From Paraspadella gotoi (taxonomy: Eukaryota; Animalia; Chaetognatha), in contig CM119266.1 of assembly GCA_051294375.1 (NCBI GenBank), positions 2,407,008-2,471,007 on the forward strand: a stretch of DNA of 64,000 bases, written 5' to 3'. Below, one piece after another: positions 62,238 to 64,000 of this stretch. Position numbers and translations under genes: made by a program. Position 1 is the first letter of the stretch; each line of letters begins with the position of its first letter. A model generated the notes under the pieces. It was not told the origin of the DNA, ran no database searches, and was given only the letters and a program-made list of their open reading frames with translations.

Positions 62238-64000
62238 CTGTGAAGAAAGGGGAAAGGAAGGAGGGGAGTGAGTCGTGAATTAGGAGGGTGTGAAGAGTGA
62301 AGTAGGAGAGAGCCGCGGCGTCACCGAGTCGTGGCGTCACGACGATTCAAGTGAGAAAGTAAGATGTAGAAACGAAAAATGAAAAAAAATAGAGAAAATG
62401 TAAAAAGAAATAGGGATTCAAATAGATGAAATATTTAAACATAAAGTTAAGACAGCAAACGTGAAAAAAAAAGAATATGAACTAATAAAAATGACAGAGA
62501 ATAAAGTACAGTAAACTAGCTAATCGAAAAGATAATAAATAGAAATGTGTAGATTGGGCGGGAAGTGCTATTCGCAACTTCTATAAGTATAACTGTTCGA
62601 GGAGCGAGGGAACGGATCCTGCGCTTTCGGGGTTCCTAGGTTTTCCATGCGCCCGAGCAAGTTAAAGGCCGTCCACGTACATGCCGCAGGATAGGTGTCA
62701 TTGGGGAACGAGCCTGGTACCTCATTGGAAATAAACTGATGTCTTTACTCAATGAACCAGCGGGTCACCACTTAAACAGTTATGCTTTATAGGCGGGGTG
62801 AACTTGGCGCAATGCCCGCCTACAAATGAAAAGAAAATTGACAAAATAAAAAAAAAATTATTTTCCTTCTGCTCCGCACCGTGAAGATTCACTGGATGTA
62901 TGAAGCGAGAAACATCATCAAAAATAAAGTCACTTTTCACGCTGAGAAGAGAAAGAAAGAAAAAGANNNNNNNNNNNNNNNNNNNNNNNNNNNNNNNNNN
63001 NNNNNNNNNNNNNNNNNNNNNNNNNNNNNNNNNNNNNNNNNNNNNNNNNNNNNNNNNNNNNNNNNNNNNNNNNNNNNNNNNNNNNNNNNNNNNNNNNNNN
63101 NNNNNNNNNNNNNNNNNNNNNNNNNNNNNNNNNNNNNNNNNNNNNNNNNNNNNNNNNNNNNNNNNNNNNNNNNNNNNNNNNNNNNNNNNNNNNNNNNNNN
63201 NNNNNNNNNNNNNNNNNNNNNNNNNNNNNNNNNNNNNGGTTAAAGAAAGGAATTGGAGAGAGGGAGAGGGTGACAGGGAAGGAGACCAAAGGGCACGATT
63301 GGTAAGAGCCAAAAGTCTCCGATGAAGAAAAAGAAAAAAAAGGTTGGTTTTTAACGCTGTTGTTGTTGTTGTTAGTGTCGTCGTCAAGGCCTTTGTACAC
63401 CTGAACTCTTGTTGTAAATCAGGACGAGAAAACAGCTGCTCTTAGCGGTCTGTCTCTCTCTCTCTCTCTNNNNNNNNNNNNNNNNNNNNNNNNNNNNNNN
63501 NNNNNNNNNNNNNNNNNNNNNNNNNNNNNNNNNNNNNNNNNNNNNNNNNNNNNNNNNNNNNNNNNNNNNNNNNNNNNNNNNNNNNNNNNNNNNNNNNNNN
63601 NNNNNNNNNNNNNNNNNNNNNNNNNNNNNNNNNNNNNNNNNNNNNNNNNNNNNNNNNNNTCTAATAATCAAGTGTCATCTCTCGATATTAGAACAGGAAA
63701 AGATTACGGTCAAGCTTCTGTCTAGCTCCTTCGTCAAGGGTCCATAAAGTGAGACCTAGCTTCTCCTTTTATTTTTATTAAATACAACGAATAATGGACG
63801 ATTTAAATATAATATTTATATTTTGTAATCTGTATAAATATTTAATATAACGGAGAAACTGAAAGAAGGAAGGCAACGTAAAGATCAGGAAAAGGGAAAA
63901 ACGTTGGAAACAGTTGGTTCTTTTTTTTTTACAAAAACAGCGGAAGCGGAAAGTTTTTTCTTTTGTTCACATTTTTTTTTAACGAAAATCTACTTCTGTT

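Noticed and set aside
62600-62770. Hammerhead ribozyme or tRNA-derived SINE
   Set aside because: The core reads CTGATGT rather than CTGANGA, and no A/B boxes or cloverleaf were found.

Overview
Eukaryotic (invertebrate-like metazoan) scaffold with AT-rich introns, many CT/GA microsatellites and N gaps; I found no prokaryotic features, rRNA, tRNA or CRISPR array. Positions 83-25474 (+) hold the 3' ~830 codons of a CLASP (Orbit/MAST) gene, which I could splice by hand into 19 phase-consistent GT-AG exons. Two complete antisense genes sit in two consecutive CLASP introns: a 3-exon F-box/LRR gene (18975-16481, ~759 aa) and a 10-exon divergent PKA catalytic subunit (23880-20542, 373 aa). The kinase has DLG instead of DFG, an activation-loop insertion, an altered C-tail, and introns enriched at AG|GT protosplice sites. 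Positions ~27102-37235 are an indel-riddled fold-back copy of 18271-26886, and 56125-61426 is a tandem copy of 51629-56099; both look like raw long-read gap-filling artefacts rather than real duplications. The right half holds a gapped minus-strand FMRFamide-receptor-like GPCR (~46765-51156), a few unassigned exon-like segments, DINE-1/Helentron-like dispersed repeats, palindromic MITE-like elements and tandem repeats. All gene models come from manual translation and remembered homologue sequences; no database search was run.
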